In this document: positions 27,233-38,978 of the stretch, piece by piece
How positions within the stretch are numbered: the first letter of the stretch is position 1
Layout: each line of letters starts with the position of its first letter
Source of the DNA: Raja brachyura
Taxonomy: Eukaryota
Direction of reading: 5' to 3'
Assembly: GCA_963514005.1 (NCBI GenBank)
Contig: OY740792.1
Location: forward strand, 27,466,001 to 27,530,000
Length of the DNA: 64,000 bases
Notes under the pieces: model-generated
What the model saw: the letters and a program-made list of their open reading frames with translations, nothing else
Database searches by the model: none
Told to the model about the DNA's origin: nothing
Translations under genes and position numbers: made by a program

Positions 27233-27606
27233 GCTGAAGGAATAATGCTGACTGAAGTTAATGAGCAATGAACCATCAGCAGTAAAAATATCTTTGCATC
27301 CTGTCCAAAGCAAGAGCCCCTGAGCCTTTGGTTTAGGTGAGATTTGAGGGGTCAGTTTACTTGCCCAAATGCCAAAATCACCAAGATTACAGTTCTGCAG
27401 ATTTAGATCTCCCTCATCCTCAGCTGTTTTAAACTAAATGTGAATAAACCAACTGGACAGAATGGGAACATGGCTCCTGGATTGTTAGTCAAAGCCCTGG
27501 ACCATCAGCCCAGTATCACAAGCACTGCATCCAATCACATGGTGCTTGCCAGACCTGGCTCAGGTGTACAGAGATGTGCTGGGCAGAAGAATACAAACCC
27601 ACGTAC

Positions 27607-27879
27607 CCGCTCGTCGGGAGAGGCGCTCTCCTCCAAGGTGTTGAGGGCGTTCTCCACCCTGGCCAGCCGGCCAGACAGCGACAACAATAGGTTGACCACC
27701 TTGTCCAGATCTCCGATGAACATTCTGAACTTGTCAAACTCGTTGGGCTTGCAGACCTTCTTCACCACGTCCTCCACCTCGTCGCCCAGCAGGTTGTTGC
27801 CCTGGATGTCGTCCTGCAGGCTCTCCCGTGCCTCCCGCAGCACCTGCAGCTTCTTGCTTATACTGTCGATCAGCTCTTG
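27607..27879 (-). CDS. SHROOM2: SHROOM2 exon (ASD2), 273 bp, phase 0-0
   Basis: CCCGCAG| acceptor, |GTACGT donor; [51 protein letters not shown]. Confidence 0.93.
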
Positions 27880-29053
27880 CTGCGGGAACACAAACAGGAC
27901 CAAAGTATTAGAGACCTTGGGGCTTACAGACCCTAAACCAAGATCCTTGTGGTTACGGGGAAAGAGGCATACTGAAAATGGTTTGACATCTATTGTCAAT
28001 GCATCAGGCCTAGTTTTATCATCTGGTTTAATGTAGTTCATATCAGACGTGTCCCAAACTAAACCGATACTTTAACCAACAGCCACCAACTGGGAATCCA
28101 GGTATTGCCAACTGAATTTCTGGTCAATTCAATAAGCGACCATTCATAGATACCTTAGGTTGTGATCTCGATATTTATATGGGCTGTGCAAAGGAGGTTC
28201 CATTCAAATTAGTGGACCTGGTTAACACTGTAGTGTTGGCCACATGTGGCTGGTCAGTGACTATCTTTGGATCGCACTGGGCTACTGAATATGGGGGGGG
28301 ATTGACACCATTTTTCATTTTAGAAAGGGAATATGTTGGCACATCTAATCCGGCTCATAGGGCAATCCCATTTAACGAGAGACGCTCTTCCTATTGGTGG
28401 TGGGGTCAAGAACGCGAGGGGATAAATTGGCAAAGGAATCAGCAAATACATGGACAATCTTTGTTTACATTCTGTCTGTTTATGGTCCCGAATGCATTAC
28501 TTCCTTTGTTATGTTCAAAAGAAGCTGGATAGGAAAGTCAGTAAGTGTCAGGTTGGATGTGGATGGTGCAGATGTGGTATAGCTCTTGCACGGGGTAGCT
28601 ATAAACGATGGGCTGAATGGCCTCTTCTTCCCATTACCATTCTGTGATTCTTTACAAGCTGGATGCAGAAGCTTATGACTCTCCAGTTCAAGTCACTGAG
28701 CAGCTGGTTTGTTTCCTCAATAAAAGACCATATGTATAATGTAGAAGCAAGATGTGACCTTGTGTCTGTCTCACCATTCACTGACATCACAGCTGATCTC
28801 ACACTGCAAAATTAAACTTTAGATACAGCGGGTAAACAGGCCCTGTGTCCCACCAAACCCGCGCCAACCAGCATCATCCCATACACTAACACTATCCTAC
28901 ACACTAGGGACAATTTACAATTTTACCAAAGCAAATTAACCTATAAACTTGTATGTCTTTAAAGTGTGGGAGGGAACCAGAGCACCTGGAAAAATCCCAG
29001 AGAACATGCAAACTGTGTTTCTCTTTGTGTCTGTCTATATTTGGCTGGATTAC

Positions 29054-29219
29054 CTTCTTTTCGGTGAGATCATTGTTCAGCTCATCTTCAGAGTCCTCCT
29101 CTTCCTCCATTTGCTGCTGCATGTCCTTCATCTTATTCAGCAACTCGGCCTTTGGGGCAGATGTGCTGTAGTATATTGAGCTTGTGGTTAGGGACACTCC
29201 AATGGGTATGGTCTCTTCC
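29054..29219 (-). CDS. SHROOM2: SHROOM2 exon, 166 bp, phase 2-0
   Basis: CACCAG| acceptor, |GTAATC donor; [16 protein letters not shown] motif. Confidence 0.92.
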
Positions 29220-29789
29220 CTGGTGAAACACGGCCTAGAATTATTGCAGTACTCGGGCACCACAATCAAACTAACTTAGCACTTAAATGAAGATACAAGG
29301 AACTGCAAATGCTGCTTTACAAAAAAACAAGACGCAAAGAACTGGGGTAACTCAGCAGGTCAGGCAGCATCTCTGGAGGCGCATTTCTGAAAGAAGGGCC
29401 ACAACACGAAACGTCACCTGTCCTTGTCCTCCAGGGATGCGGCCTGACCCACTGAGTTACTCCAGTACTCAAAATGACCTTGAGTCAACGGCAGAAGTCC
29501 TACGATATAAAATGCAGCCATTGTGTGCTGCTGGGCTTCTCCCCCACCACTACTACCTGACAGGATCACTATCAGAGATGGGTTGAGGGCTTTGTGACCT
29601 ACAGTGGGCCAGCACTCATTCATGTATAAGCTGGGAAAGTGTAAGATTGCTCAACATCAATGAGATGAGGAAACATTTCTTCACCCAGAGTTGTGAATCT
29701 GTGGAATTCTCTGCCACAGAAGGCAGTGGAGACTGAGGCTAGTCCAAGCGTGCCACTCATTTTAAACAGCTGCTTCTCCACACATCAAT

Positions 29790-30060
29790 CCACACCACAA
29801 TAGATGAACATTATGACCAAGATTCATGTTTCAGGCGTGGAGTCCATCACAAGCATAACTCTCCCCACCTTCAAATGTATCTACATGAGGTGCTGCCTCA
29901 AGAAACTGGCATCTATCATCAAGGATTCACCCGCCCTCCCCACCACCCGCATCCCTCTTCTCGCTGCGGGCAGAAGGTAAAAATCCTTGCCGTCCACACC
30001 ACCAGGACCAGGAACAGCTACTTTCCTACAACTATCAAGTTCTTGAAAATCCAGATCCTA
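29790..30060 (+). mobile_element. Rex1-like LINE 3' remnant
   Basis: Decayed SIIKD..HP..TTRTRNSYFPTTIK C-terminal motif. Confidence 0.5.
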
Positions 30061-30424
30061 TCTTGGCAATGGAACAGTATGGATCACCTACTGCATCACC
30101 AAGAGGTGATCCATAATTGTGCATTTTTGCAGACTTTTTCTTTTCACACCAGTTAGAGAGATGCCAATGGACAGTCTTGCCTTCCCTGGAGAAATAAACA
30201 ACACCTAATAAATACTCAAGCACCACATGTCCTGGTTTTTTATTTTGTTAGTGGTTTTTAGCAACCTTCAACATCCTGTCCATATAGGTGCAAATCTCAA
30301 ACAATGCGCTGGAGGAACTCAGCGGGTCAAATAGCGTTGATGGATGGAATGGAATGGTCCTTACTTTCTGCATATGATTGGGTTACATAACGAGAGAATG
30401 GCCAGCTAATTAGCACAGCTACTT

Positions 30425-31150
30425 AGAAACATAGAAAAATAAGTGCAAGAGTAGGCCATTCGGCCTTTCGAGCCAGCACCGCTATTCAATATGATCATGG
30501 CTGATCATCTAAAATCAGTACCCTATTCCTGCTTTTTCCCCCATATCCCCTGATACCTTTAGGCCAAAGAGCTAAATCTAACTCTCTTGAAATCATCCAG
30601 TGAATTGGCCTCCACTGCCTTCTGTGGCAGAGAATTCCACAGATTCACAACTCTCTGGGTGAAGAAATGTTTTCTCATCTCAGTCCTAAATGTCCTAGAT
30701 CCTCGGTCCCCTAGTATTTCTGGGAGATTGGTTCTGTCTTCCCCAGTGAGGACAGAACCAAAGTACTCATTTAACTGTTCTGCCATTTTCTTGTTTCCCA
30801 TTATAAATTCACCTGTCTCTGATTGTAAGGGACCTACACTTGTCTTCACTAATTTTTTTCCTTTTTATCTACCTAAAGAAGCATTTAGTCTGTTTTTATA
30901 TTCCCCACAAGCTTTCTTTCATGCTCTTTTCTCCCCCCTCTTAATCAACCCCTTTGTCATCCTCTGTTGAGTTCTAAATTTCTCCCAATCTTCCGGTTTG
31001 CTGTTTCCTCTGGCCAATTTATATGCCTATTCCGTGGATTTAACACTATCCTTGATTTTCCTCATTAGCCATGGTTGAGCAGCCTTCCCCGTTTTATTTT
31101 TTTGCCAGACAGGGATGAACAATTTTTGGAGTTCGTACATGCGGTCTTTA
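30425..31150 (-). mobile_element. CR1 with large internal deletion
   Basis: 3' tail at 30425; the ORF joins ..LPEILGDRGS directly to FRTEMRKHFFTQRVV, so the RT core is missing. Confidence 0.85.
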
Positions 31151-31824
31151 AACTTCAATGCTCCAGTGACCCAGGTTCAATCCTGGCCTCTGGTCTTGTC
31201 TGTGTGAAGGTTACACCTTCTCCCTGAGGCTTAAGTGAGTTTCCCCCAGACAATCCGGTTTCTTCCTGGCTTGCAGGTTGGTTAACCGACTGGCAGAAAT
31301 AGCCACAGAGCAGGTAGGGGACAAAAAGTATCGAGAGGGAAAGTTGATGTGCATGTGAGAGAGAATGTGGGAGAGAATTACTGAAAATCAGGAGAAGGGA
31401 AATAGAAATGATGGAATTGTTCTGCTGGAAGACGCGGGCAGGGACCTAAAGGGCCAAGCCGCCTCCTGTCTTGTGATAAGTAAGCAATGGTAGTACTTGA
31501 CCCCAACAGCAGCAAAGGTCTGACTGTACTTAGGAAGATCTCTAATGTTTTGAGGTTGGTCGAAGCACTGAGACCTAACATGCATTTATCTCCGAGCCAG
31601 CACATCATCATAGTAGGCTGTGCGGCTCCCCGGCTGCAGCCCATTAGAGCCACAGGGGCACCTGTTTAATTGCAGAGAGGTATTGTTCTGTCTGAGTCGC
31701 CAACAAACTGCTGGGGTCTTATTTCTATGTCAGTGAGTCACAGGGCTGTTCAGTAGGACACTGAAAGGAGCCGCAATAATACTTCTTTGAAACTGTCCTT
31801 GCCTGGACCTCTTCTGACACTGTG

Positions 31825-32292
31825 CTGGGATGGCAGGACTTCCATATGAAGAAAGACTGGATAGACTCGGCTTGTACTCGCTGGAATTTAGGAGATTGAG
31901 GGGGGATCTTATAGAGACTTACAAAATTCTTAAGGGGTTGGACAGGCTAGATGCAGGAAGATTATTCCCGATGTTGGGGAACTCCAGAACAAGGGGTCAC
32001 AGTTTAAGGATAAGGGGGAAGTCTTTTAGGACCGAGGTGAGAAGATCATTTTTCACACAGAGAGTGGTGAGTCTGTGGAATTCTCCGCCACAGAAGGTAG
32101 TTGAGGCCAGTTCATTGGCTATATTTAAGAGGGAGTTAGATGTGGCCCTTGTGGCTAAAGGGATCAGGGGGTATGGAGAGAAGGCAGGTGCAGGATACTG
32201 AGTTGGATGATCAGCCATGATCATATTGAATGGCGGTGCAGGCTCGAAGGGCCGAATGGCCTACTCCTGCACCTATTTTCTATGTTTCTATG
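31825..32292 (+). mobile_element. CR1 3' fragment (young)
   Basis: Open 123-aa ORF2 C-terminus plus 3' UTR and TTCTATGT tail. Confidence 0.9.
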
Positions 32293-32692
32293 AGCTGGGT
32301 GGGGGGCAGGTGTGGGTGGAAGGGCCTGGGAATATTTCCCTTCCTTTTAGCCTCTGATAAAATTGGGAGTTTATGTAAAGAAGAAAGGAGGAGGGGGGGG
32401 AGAGGACGTTTGGAGCCAAATTTGTAAATTTCAAGACATGTCCCCAACCCCAGTCTGGTACACGTATCCCTGGTGCCTGAGTTTTGTCCTTTTTTTTTAA
32501 AGGATAAAAGACTACAATAGTAAACAAGTAACTCCAGTTATTGTTGGAATGACACAGGCCTGCATGGCCGCGAGTTGGGGGAGGAGGCTCTGGAGCTCGT
32601 TGCTGTTCTGCCCATTTCAATAATCTAGGGGACTAAAAGACACACCTCTAGTGGTCTTTTCCGGCTCTTTACCGTGGAACAGGCGATCTTAC

Positions 32693-33226
32693 CTTTCCTC
32701 CGTGACCCTGGGCGAGTGCGGTCGAGGAAGCAGCTTCCTACGTTGCTGGGCTTCTTCCATGAAGGTCTCATCTTTGGGGAATATCCCTTCCATCAGGTCC
32801 ATGGTGGTCTTCATTTTAGAGTTAGGGTAGAAAATGTCAGCCAGGGATCGGTCTTTGACGACAATCTCCCTCACCAGTTCTTCTGACTTGATGTCTTCCA
32901 CGCTCTTCTCCCTCGAGTTTGGGCAATCAGACCCAGAAGAGGCCTCCTCACCGGCCCCCGAGTCACCTGCCCCTGTGTGCTCACTAGCCCTCCAATCTGT
33001 CTCAGCCGGCTGCTCCTGCTCCTGCCGGGAATACGCGGCAAAGAGGGAGTAAGGATGCTCGCGGCTCCCGAGGGCTTTGGGCTGCTCTTCTTTCTTGGGG
33101 TAGCCAACCAGGTCTACGTTGTTCAGGAGGTTGTGTCGGCTCTCCTTCTCAGTCTGGCTTTCCGACCGTACGATCTTAATCGGCACCTTCTTGACCGTCT
33201 TGTTGTTTTCAGTCACTTTCTCGATC
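32693..33226 (-). CDS. SHROOM2: SHROOM2 exon, 534 bp, phase 2-2
   Basis: GATAG| acceptor, AG|GTAAG donor; RIEKV..TVKKVPIKIV.SESQ.EKESR..KSEELVREIV.KD.SLADI..KTTMDLMEGIFPKDE. Confidence 0.93.
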
Positions 33227-35169
33227 CTATCCAGGAGAAAAAGGAAAGCACCACTGATCAGAAAGGAAGCAGAAGGGAGCACGTCAGAAAGAACAAGCTG
33301 TGAAAACCAACCAACTGGCTCCACTCCACAGCAAAATGCACCAACCCTTCTGATGCAGATCCACCTACAAACTGACTGGCCACTCAGGACACCTGGTTCC
33401 TTGCTGTGATTAGCTGCTAAACCCTAACCATTAACATTATGAATAACCATTGTGGGCAGAGTCCACTGATAAGATCCTTATCTGCAGAATGGTGAGCAGA
33501 TAGAGTGGGACAAATGGAAATGTGAAGAATGCATGAAAGATAAAAGGGCAGCTCACCTTTTGGAGAGGTCACAGGAAGGTTGCTGATTTTAAAAGGACAT
33601 TTTGCACAAGGACAAGGAACTAAAGGTGCTCATTTTATGGCCTAACTCGCCAAACTCCAGGAATACACTGGAGAACTCCGAGAAAATATGTTCACCGAGG
33701 GATTCCTCAGAGTCAAGAGTATTTAATTGACATATGAATTGGGAATGGAACAATTACATTCGTACTTGCTGCAGCTTTACAGACACTATCCGGGCCTCTG
33801 TGAACCTGCGAAATTCCAGACAATCCCATTGTCGTTATTAAAGAGGCTGTTGAATGCAGGTGCTCAGGTAGAGTTCTTGCTACTGAGACTCAAGCCCTGA
33901 AACCTGCCATTTCACCGGAGATAAGGACCTCAGCAGTGGCAGAGACTTGCAGGAAGCTCTGTGATGGCAAGTCCAGGGCTCATTGAAAAGCACATGAGCA
34001 CTGAACCTTGAGCAGAGAGCTCTCTCTGTTACCACTGCCAATGTTTACCCCAAAACACCATTGGTGGAAAAAGCTGACCTGGCCATCTATTTTATGGACG
34101 TTGGCAGCAGCTTCCTGTGGGCAAACATGCTGCTGTAGTTGGTATTTTGCAACAGCGATCCCTCTGTGACTTTATTGGCAGATCTTGGCGATGCTCTGTG
34201 ATTGAAAACAAACTAGCCTGCCAATGAGAGAGCAACTCTAGTTGGTCCTGCGCTCATAATAATCAATCAAATCTGCCCTGATATTCTCGCAGGTGGAGGG
34301 GTGCCAACATTTGCCTAGACACTTTTTAGTTTAGTTTTGTTAGAGATACAGTGTGGAAACAGGACCCGGAACAGCATGGAAACAGTCTGTATAAAGTCTA
34401 TACAGGCAGCACCCGAGGTCAAGATCGAACCCAGGTCTCTGCAAGGCAACAACACTACTGCTGTGTCACTGCGCTATCCTCTAAAAAAGTATCAGATATA
34501 AAACTGATATGAACAGATACCAAAATTAGAAACATAGAAAATAGGTGCAGGAGGAGGCCATTCGGCCCTTTGAGCCAGCACCACCATTCATTGTGATCAT
34601 GGCTGATCGTCCGCTATCAATAATCCGTGCCTGCCTTCTCCCCATATCCCTTGACTCCACTAGCCCCTAGAGCTCTATCCAACTCTCTCTTAAATCCATC
34701 CAGTGATTTGGCCTCCACTGCCCTCTGTGGTAGGGAATTCCATAAATTCACAACTCTCTGGGTTAAAAAGTTTTTTCTCAGCTCAGTCTTAAATGACCTC
34801 TCCTTTATTCTAAGACTGTGGCCCCTGGTTCTGGACTCACCCAACATTGGGAACATTTTTCCGGCATCTAGCTTGTCCAGTCCTTTTATAATTGCATATG
34901 TTTCTATAAGATCCCCCCTCATCCTTCTAAACTCCAGTGAATACAAGCCTAGTCTTTTCAATCTTTCCTTATATGACAGTCCCGCCATCCCAGGGATCAA
35001 TCTCGTGAACCTATGCTGCACTGCCTCAATCACAAGGATGTCCTTCCTCAAATTAGGAGACCAGAACTGTACACAATACTCCAGATGTGGTCTCACCAGA
35101 GCCCTATACAACTGCAGAAGAACCTCTTTACTCCTATACTGAATTTCATTTCGGAGTCACGTGAGTGAC

Positions 35170-35204
35170 TTCGTGAAGAGCCCGCCGGCACGCATGCGCG
35201 ACAT
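35170..35204 (+). repeat. DIRS left inverted-repeat core
   Basis: Exact reverse complement of 40332-40366. Confidence 0.9.
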
Positions 35205-35361
35205 ATCGTCGCAACGCATTGCTGCCGACAGCTGGCGGTGGGGCGCGCTCCTCGCCAGCCCTTCAAAAGGAGCCGCTTAGGTAAGTTAAACTCACCTTAA
35301 GTTGGTTGGCCCTTGCTGTCGGTTTTGTCTTTCAGCAAGGGTGCGGATTGGAGTGTTCAGA

Positions 35362-37047
35362 ATGTCTGGACGAAGAAGTCGTGGCCCGGCGCCCTCATCG
35401 TTTCCACCTGGGGCCGGGAAGAAGGCGGGGAAGTCATTGCCGTCTGCTGCTGCAGGTCGGGACCCGCTGAGGTGCCACAGCTCCGAGGAGGAGTGCGTGG
35501 AGGAGGACGTCGGGGTGCCTCCTGAAAGGGTGGACCCTGCCACAAGTTCGCCTTTGGCGACAACGGGGAAGGGGTTTCGTGCTGTGGCCCGACCCCCCTC
35601 CGCTAGCCCTTCATTAAAAGGCAGCAGAGGCGCCCGTAAGCCTAACCCGGTCCGGGCCAAGGCTCCACCAGCCGCCATGGAGCGGTCTGGTGCAACGGCG
35701 GGACCTGGGTCGTTAAGGTCTGCTACCCAACTCCCAACCCCCGCCGCCGGGACGGGGGGCTTGGGTACGGTCCCGCCTCGGTCGCCGAGTCCCCCATGGA
35801 TGGGAGGACGAGACCATGCGTCGGCACCGTCCGAAATGCGGACAGCCGGCAAGCCTGTGCGGGCGTCGCTCCATGCTTCTGCTGGAGTCGACCCCAAGCC
35901 GTCAGGGCCCTTTGTGGCAACGGCTTCTACTCCTGCCAAGAAGAGGCGGTTGGACACCCTGCCCGCACGGGACTCGCACGGTTTCGCTGCGGCGGCCGAA
36001 AGCGATCCATTCCGGCACCGAGATCACTTCTCTGAGGTGCGGGCCGATGATAGGAGCCCCGGCATGTTTTCTGAGCCGGAGGACTCCGACCATCCGAGTG
36101 TTCAGGATGGGGGGCGTATTGACCGCATCGAGCGGCTGCTGGAGCTGGTACTCCATTATCAACAGCAGTACGCACCCACGGATATCGTCAGGCACAGGGC
36201 CGCCTCGCCGGTTTCCCTCATCAGCGAGCCACAAGGGGAAGAAGGGTTTGACCCCACCCCAACACCGTCGGAGCCACCGACAGCTGAGTTACTGGACGTG
36301 GCAGCCAAATTTGCTGCACCAATTACAACTGGACTTCCGCTCCAGCCGAAGCTGGCAGCAACAGTGGACTTTCTCACGAATCATCGGTTGCAGGAGGAAG
36401 TACTCTCACAGGCCACTCAGCGCCACAAGGCCCCGTCCAACTGTAATGCCCTCAACGTGCCACTGGTCAATACGCCCATATGGGGCAACATCGGCGTGGC
36501 TGTCCGCCATCAGGAGGTTAAACTCCAGCGGATCCTCAAACTCCTCACGGCCGGTATTACCGCCTTTGCGCGGTCGGTCGATGGAACGGACCTGTCATTG
36601 GATCAGGAGGATGCGTTAGCACTATTATGTGCCACCCAACATGAAATCAACGATTTCCGGAAGAACAGCATCCGTCCGTCTATCAACCCAAAATTTGCAG
36701 GGTTGTGTAAGCCACCGCCGCCCCCACCGCCCCGACAACTCTTCGGGGAAGACCTTCCGAAGAGGGTCAAGGAGCTGGACGAGGTAGCCAAAACGGTGGG
36801 ACTTATGCGATCTCAGATCGCCCCCAGACCGATGGTGCCAAAAGCTCCCCCTGCTCGACCGCGAGGTCCGGTCGCATCAGCATCAAGACCATATGCTACT
36901 ACTCAGCACTACTACCAACAGGGCCAGCAGCAGCGGTCTTTTTTAGGGTCAGGCACACAGCGACCCCAGTGGAAGATGAAGCCATCTTATCGTCAGCCCA
37001 ACCCAGCACCTCCTCGGCCACCCAAGTATGTCAGGGACCGCCGGTGA
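35362..37047 (+). CDS. DIRS ORF1 (gag-like)
   Basis: Open frame from ATG 35362; Pro/Ala/Ser-rich N-terminus, conserved-looking core (VPLVNTPIW..LFGEDL), positioned before pol. Confidence 0.8.
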   Translation: MSGRRSRGPAPSSFPPGAGKKAGKSLPSAAAGRDPLRCHSSEEECVEEDVGVPPERVDPATSSPLATTGKGFRAVARPPSASPSLKGSRGARKPNPVRAKAPPAAMERSGATAGPGSLRSATQLPTPAAGTGGLGTVPPRSPSPPWMGGRDHASAPSEMRTAGKPVRASLHASAGVDPKPSGPFVATASTPAKKRRLDTLPARDSHGFAAAAESDPFRHRDHFSEVRADDRSPGMFSEPEDSDHPSVQDGGRIDRIERLLELVLHYQQQYAPTDIVRHRAASPVSLISEPQGEEGFDPTPTPSEPPTAELLDVAAKFAAPITTGLPLQPKLAATVDFLTNHRLQEEVLSQATQRHKAPSNCNALNVPLVNTPIWGNIGVAVRHQEVKLQRILKLLTAGITAFARSVDGTDLSLDQEDALALLCATQHEINDFRKNSIRPSINPKFAGLCKPPPPPPPRQLFGEDLPKRVKELDEVAKTVGLMRSQIAPRPMVPKAPPARPRGPVASASRPYATTQHYYQQGQQQRSFLGSGTQRPQWKMKPSYRQPNPAPPRPPKYVRDRR

Positions 37048-38978
37048 CCATGGAGGTAAGGCGGTCTGGGTTTCTTTCCCCTGCCCCTTTAATCTCACAT
37101 GTGGGAGGGCGACTCCGGTTCTTTGCTAAAGCTTGGGTATCAGTTACTTCGGATAAATTTGTGTTACAAAATGTTCGGGGTCATTCTATTGAATTTATTG
37201 ACGGCAAAGTTCCTCCATCCCAGCATATGCCTAAACGGAAGTTTACGCTGTCTGCTGTTGAGCAGGCAGCAGGCACGGCTGAAATTTTTCGTTTGGAACA
37301 AAAAGGCGTGATAGAGAAAACTATTCACGAGCCCATTGAATTCGTCTCCAATATATTTACTAGACCAAAAAAGGATGGAGGTTGTCGGGTGATTATTGAT
37401 TTGACCCAGTTGAATACCTTTGTAACATATACACATTTCAAAATGGACACCTTTGAGACAGCCAAATCACTGATTTCGCATGGTTGCTTTATGGCATGTA
37501 TTGATTTAAAAGATGCATGCTATTCAGTGTCCATCCGGAAACATCACCGGAAATTTTTGAAATTTGTCTGGATGGATCAGCTCTGGCAATATCGAGCCTT
37601 ACCAAATGGGCTTACTACTGCCCCTAGGCTCTTTACTAAATTACTTAAACCTATTATGGCCAAATTACGCATAGAACATCATATTGTAATGGCTTATTTG
37701 GATGATATTCTGATTATTGGCAATACTCTGGAAGCAGCTGAAAGCGCTGTTTTAGCAACTGTTACTATATTTCAGCAACTGGGGTTTATAGTTCATCCAG
37801 AAAAATCGAAGTTTCACCCATCCCAGGTTATGGATTATTTGGGTTTCACGGTGGACTCTATTCAAATGAGGGCCACCATTCCATTTCACAAGGTGGAGGA
37901 TGTCTCCCTTGCATGTCAGGATCTCGCATCCGCCAGTATACCATCTATTCGGCATACAGCTAAGATAATTGGGAAAATCGTAGCTTTATTTCCAGCAGCC
38001 CGGTTTGGGCCTTTACATTATCAAAACCTGCAAAGGGCCAAAATTATTGCGTTAAAAAAGAACGCTGGTCATTTTGACAGACCTATGGAGCTGCCTTCTG
38101 ATGCTAAGGTTGAGCTCCAATGGTGGGTGTCCAATATTGGCAGGGCATTCAAACCCATTGTTGTGCCCAATCCGGTGGTATATTTGCAAACTGACGCAAG
38201 CTCTCTAGGCTGGGGAGCTGCGGACAGCTCTTCTAGTTGTGGAGGCAGGTGGGATCCCCTTGAAGCTAGCATGTTGCTAGTACAAGGGATTAACTATTTG
38301 GAGCTGCTTGCAGCATTTCACGGACTGCGGGCATATTGTGCTCATCTTAGTGGCACTCATGTCCGTCTCCAAATAGACAACACCACAGCGGTGGCATATT
38401 TAAACCATATGGGCGGTACCAGGTCAGTCTCTTGTGACAAATTGGCTAATACTATTTGGTGCTGGTGTATTAATCGAGATATTTGGATTTCAGCCACCTA
38501 TTTGCCAGGTAGGCTTAATACTGTGGCAGACACCAGGTCACGCAAATTCAATGATAGTATTGAGTGGATGCTGCATCCTCAAATATTTGCCCAAATTACA
38601 GCCAAATTTGGCCAACCGGATATCGACCTTTTTGCGTCCCGGTTGAACCATCAGGTACCGACATATGTTTCATGGGAACCAGACCCTGGGGCATTAGCGA
38701 TTGATGCATTCTCGCTAGACTGGGGGAAGTGGTTTTTCTATGCATTCCCCCCGTTTTGCCTCATCAGTCGGGTATTACAAAAAATCAGGATGGATTCTGC
38801 CAGAGGCATTCTTGTCATACCCGACTGGCCTACACAGCCTTGGTATCCGGTGGTCTCTGACATGATTAGTCAACCTTGGGTCCCTCTAGAGGGTTGCCCG
38901 CATGTGGTTTCTCACCCTGTCTCAGGGGAGTTACACCCCTGCCATGCCTATCTAAAATTACTGGCTTGCAGGTTCTGA
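36969..38978 (+). CDS. DIRS pol: reverse transcriptase, RNase H and Dam-like methyltransferase domain (first ATG 37050)
   Basis: RT: KKDGGCRVIIDL, DLKDA, LPNG, YLDD (37695-37706), YLG. RNase H: TDAS, INYLEL, IDN, VAD..SR. MT: DLFAS..DAF..W..YAFPPF. Confidence 0.92.
   Translation: MEDEAILSSAQPSTSSATQVCQGPPVTMEVRRSGFLSPAPLISHVGGRLRFFAKAWVSVTSDKFVLQNVRGHSIEFIDGKVPPSQHMPKRKFTLSAVEQAAGTAEIFRLEQKGVIEKTIHEPIEFVSNIFTRPKKDGGCRVIIDLTQLNTFVTYTHFKMDTFETAKSLISHGCFMACIDLKDACYSVSIRKHHRKFLKFVWMDQLWQYRALPNGLTTAPRLFTKLLKPIMAKLRIEHHIVMAYLDDILIIGNTLEAAESAVLATVTIFQQLGFIVHPEKSKFHPSQVMDYLGFTVDSIQMRATIPFHKVEDVSLACQDLASASIPSIRHTAKIIGKIVALFPAARFGPLHYQNLQRAKIIALKKNAGHFDRPMELPSDAKVELQWWVSNIGRAFKPIVVPNPVVYLQTDASSLGWGAADSSSSCGGRWDPLEASMLLVQGINYLELLAAFHGLRAYCAHLSGTHVRLQIDNTTAVAYLNHMGGTRSVSCDKLANTIWCWCINRDIWISATYLPGRLNTVADTRSRKFNDSIEWMLHPQIFAQITAKFGQPDIDLFASRLNHQVPTYVSWEPDPGALAIDAFSLDWGKWFFYAFPPFCLISRVLQKIRMDSARGILVIPDWPTQPWYPVVSDMISQPWVPLEGCPHVVSHPVSGELHPCHAYLKLLACRF

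Noticed and set aside
35292-36619. Long alternative-frame and antisense ORFs within gag (221 and 267 aa)
   Set aside because: GC-rich shadow frames with no recognisable domain.
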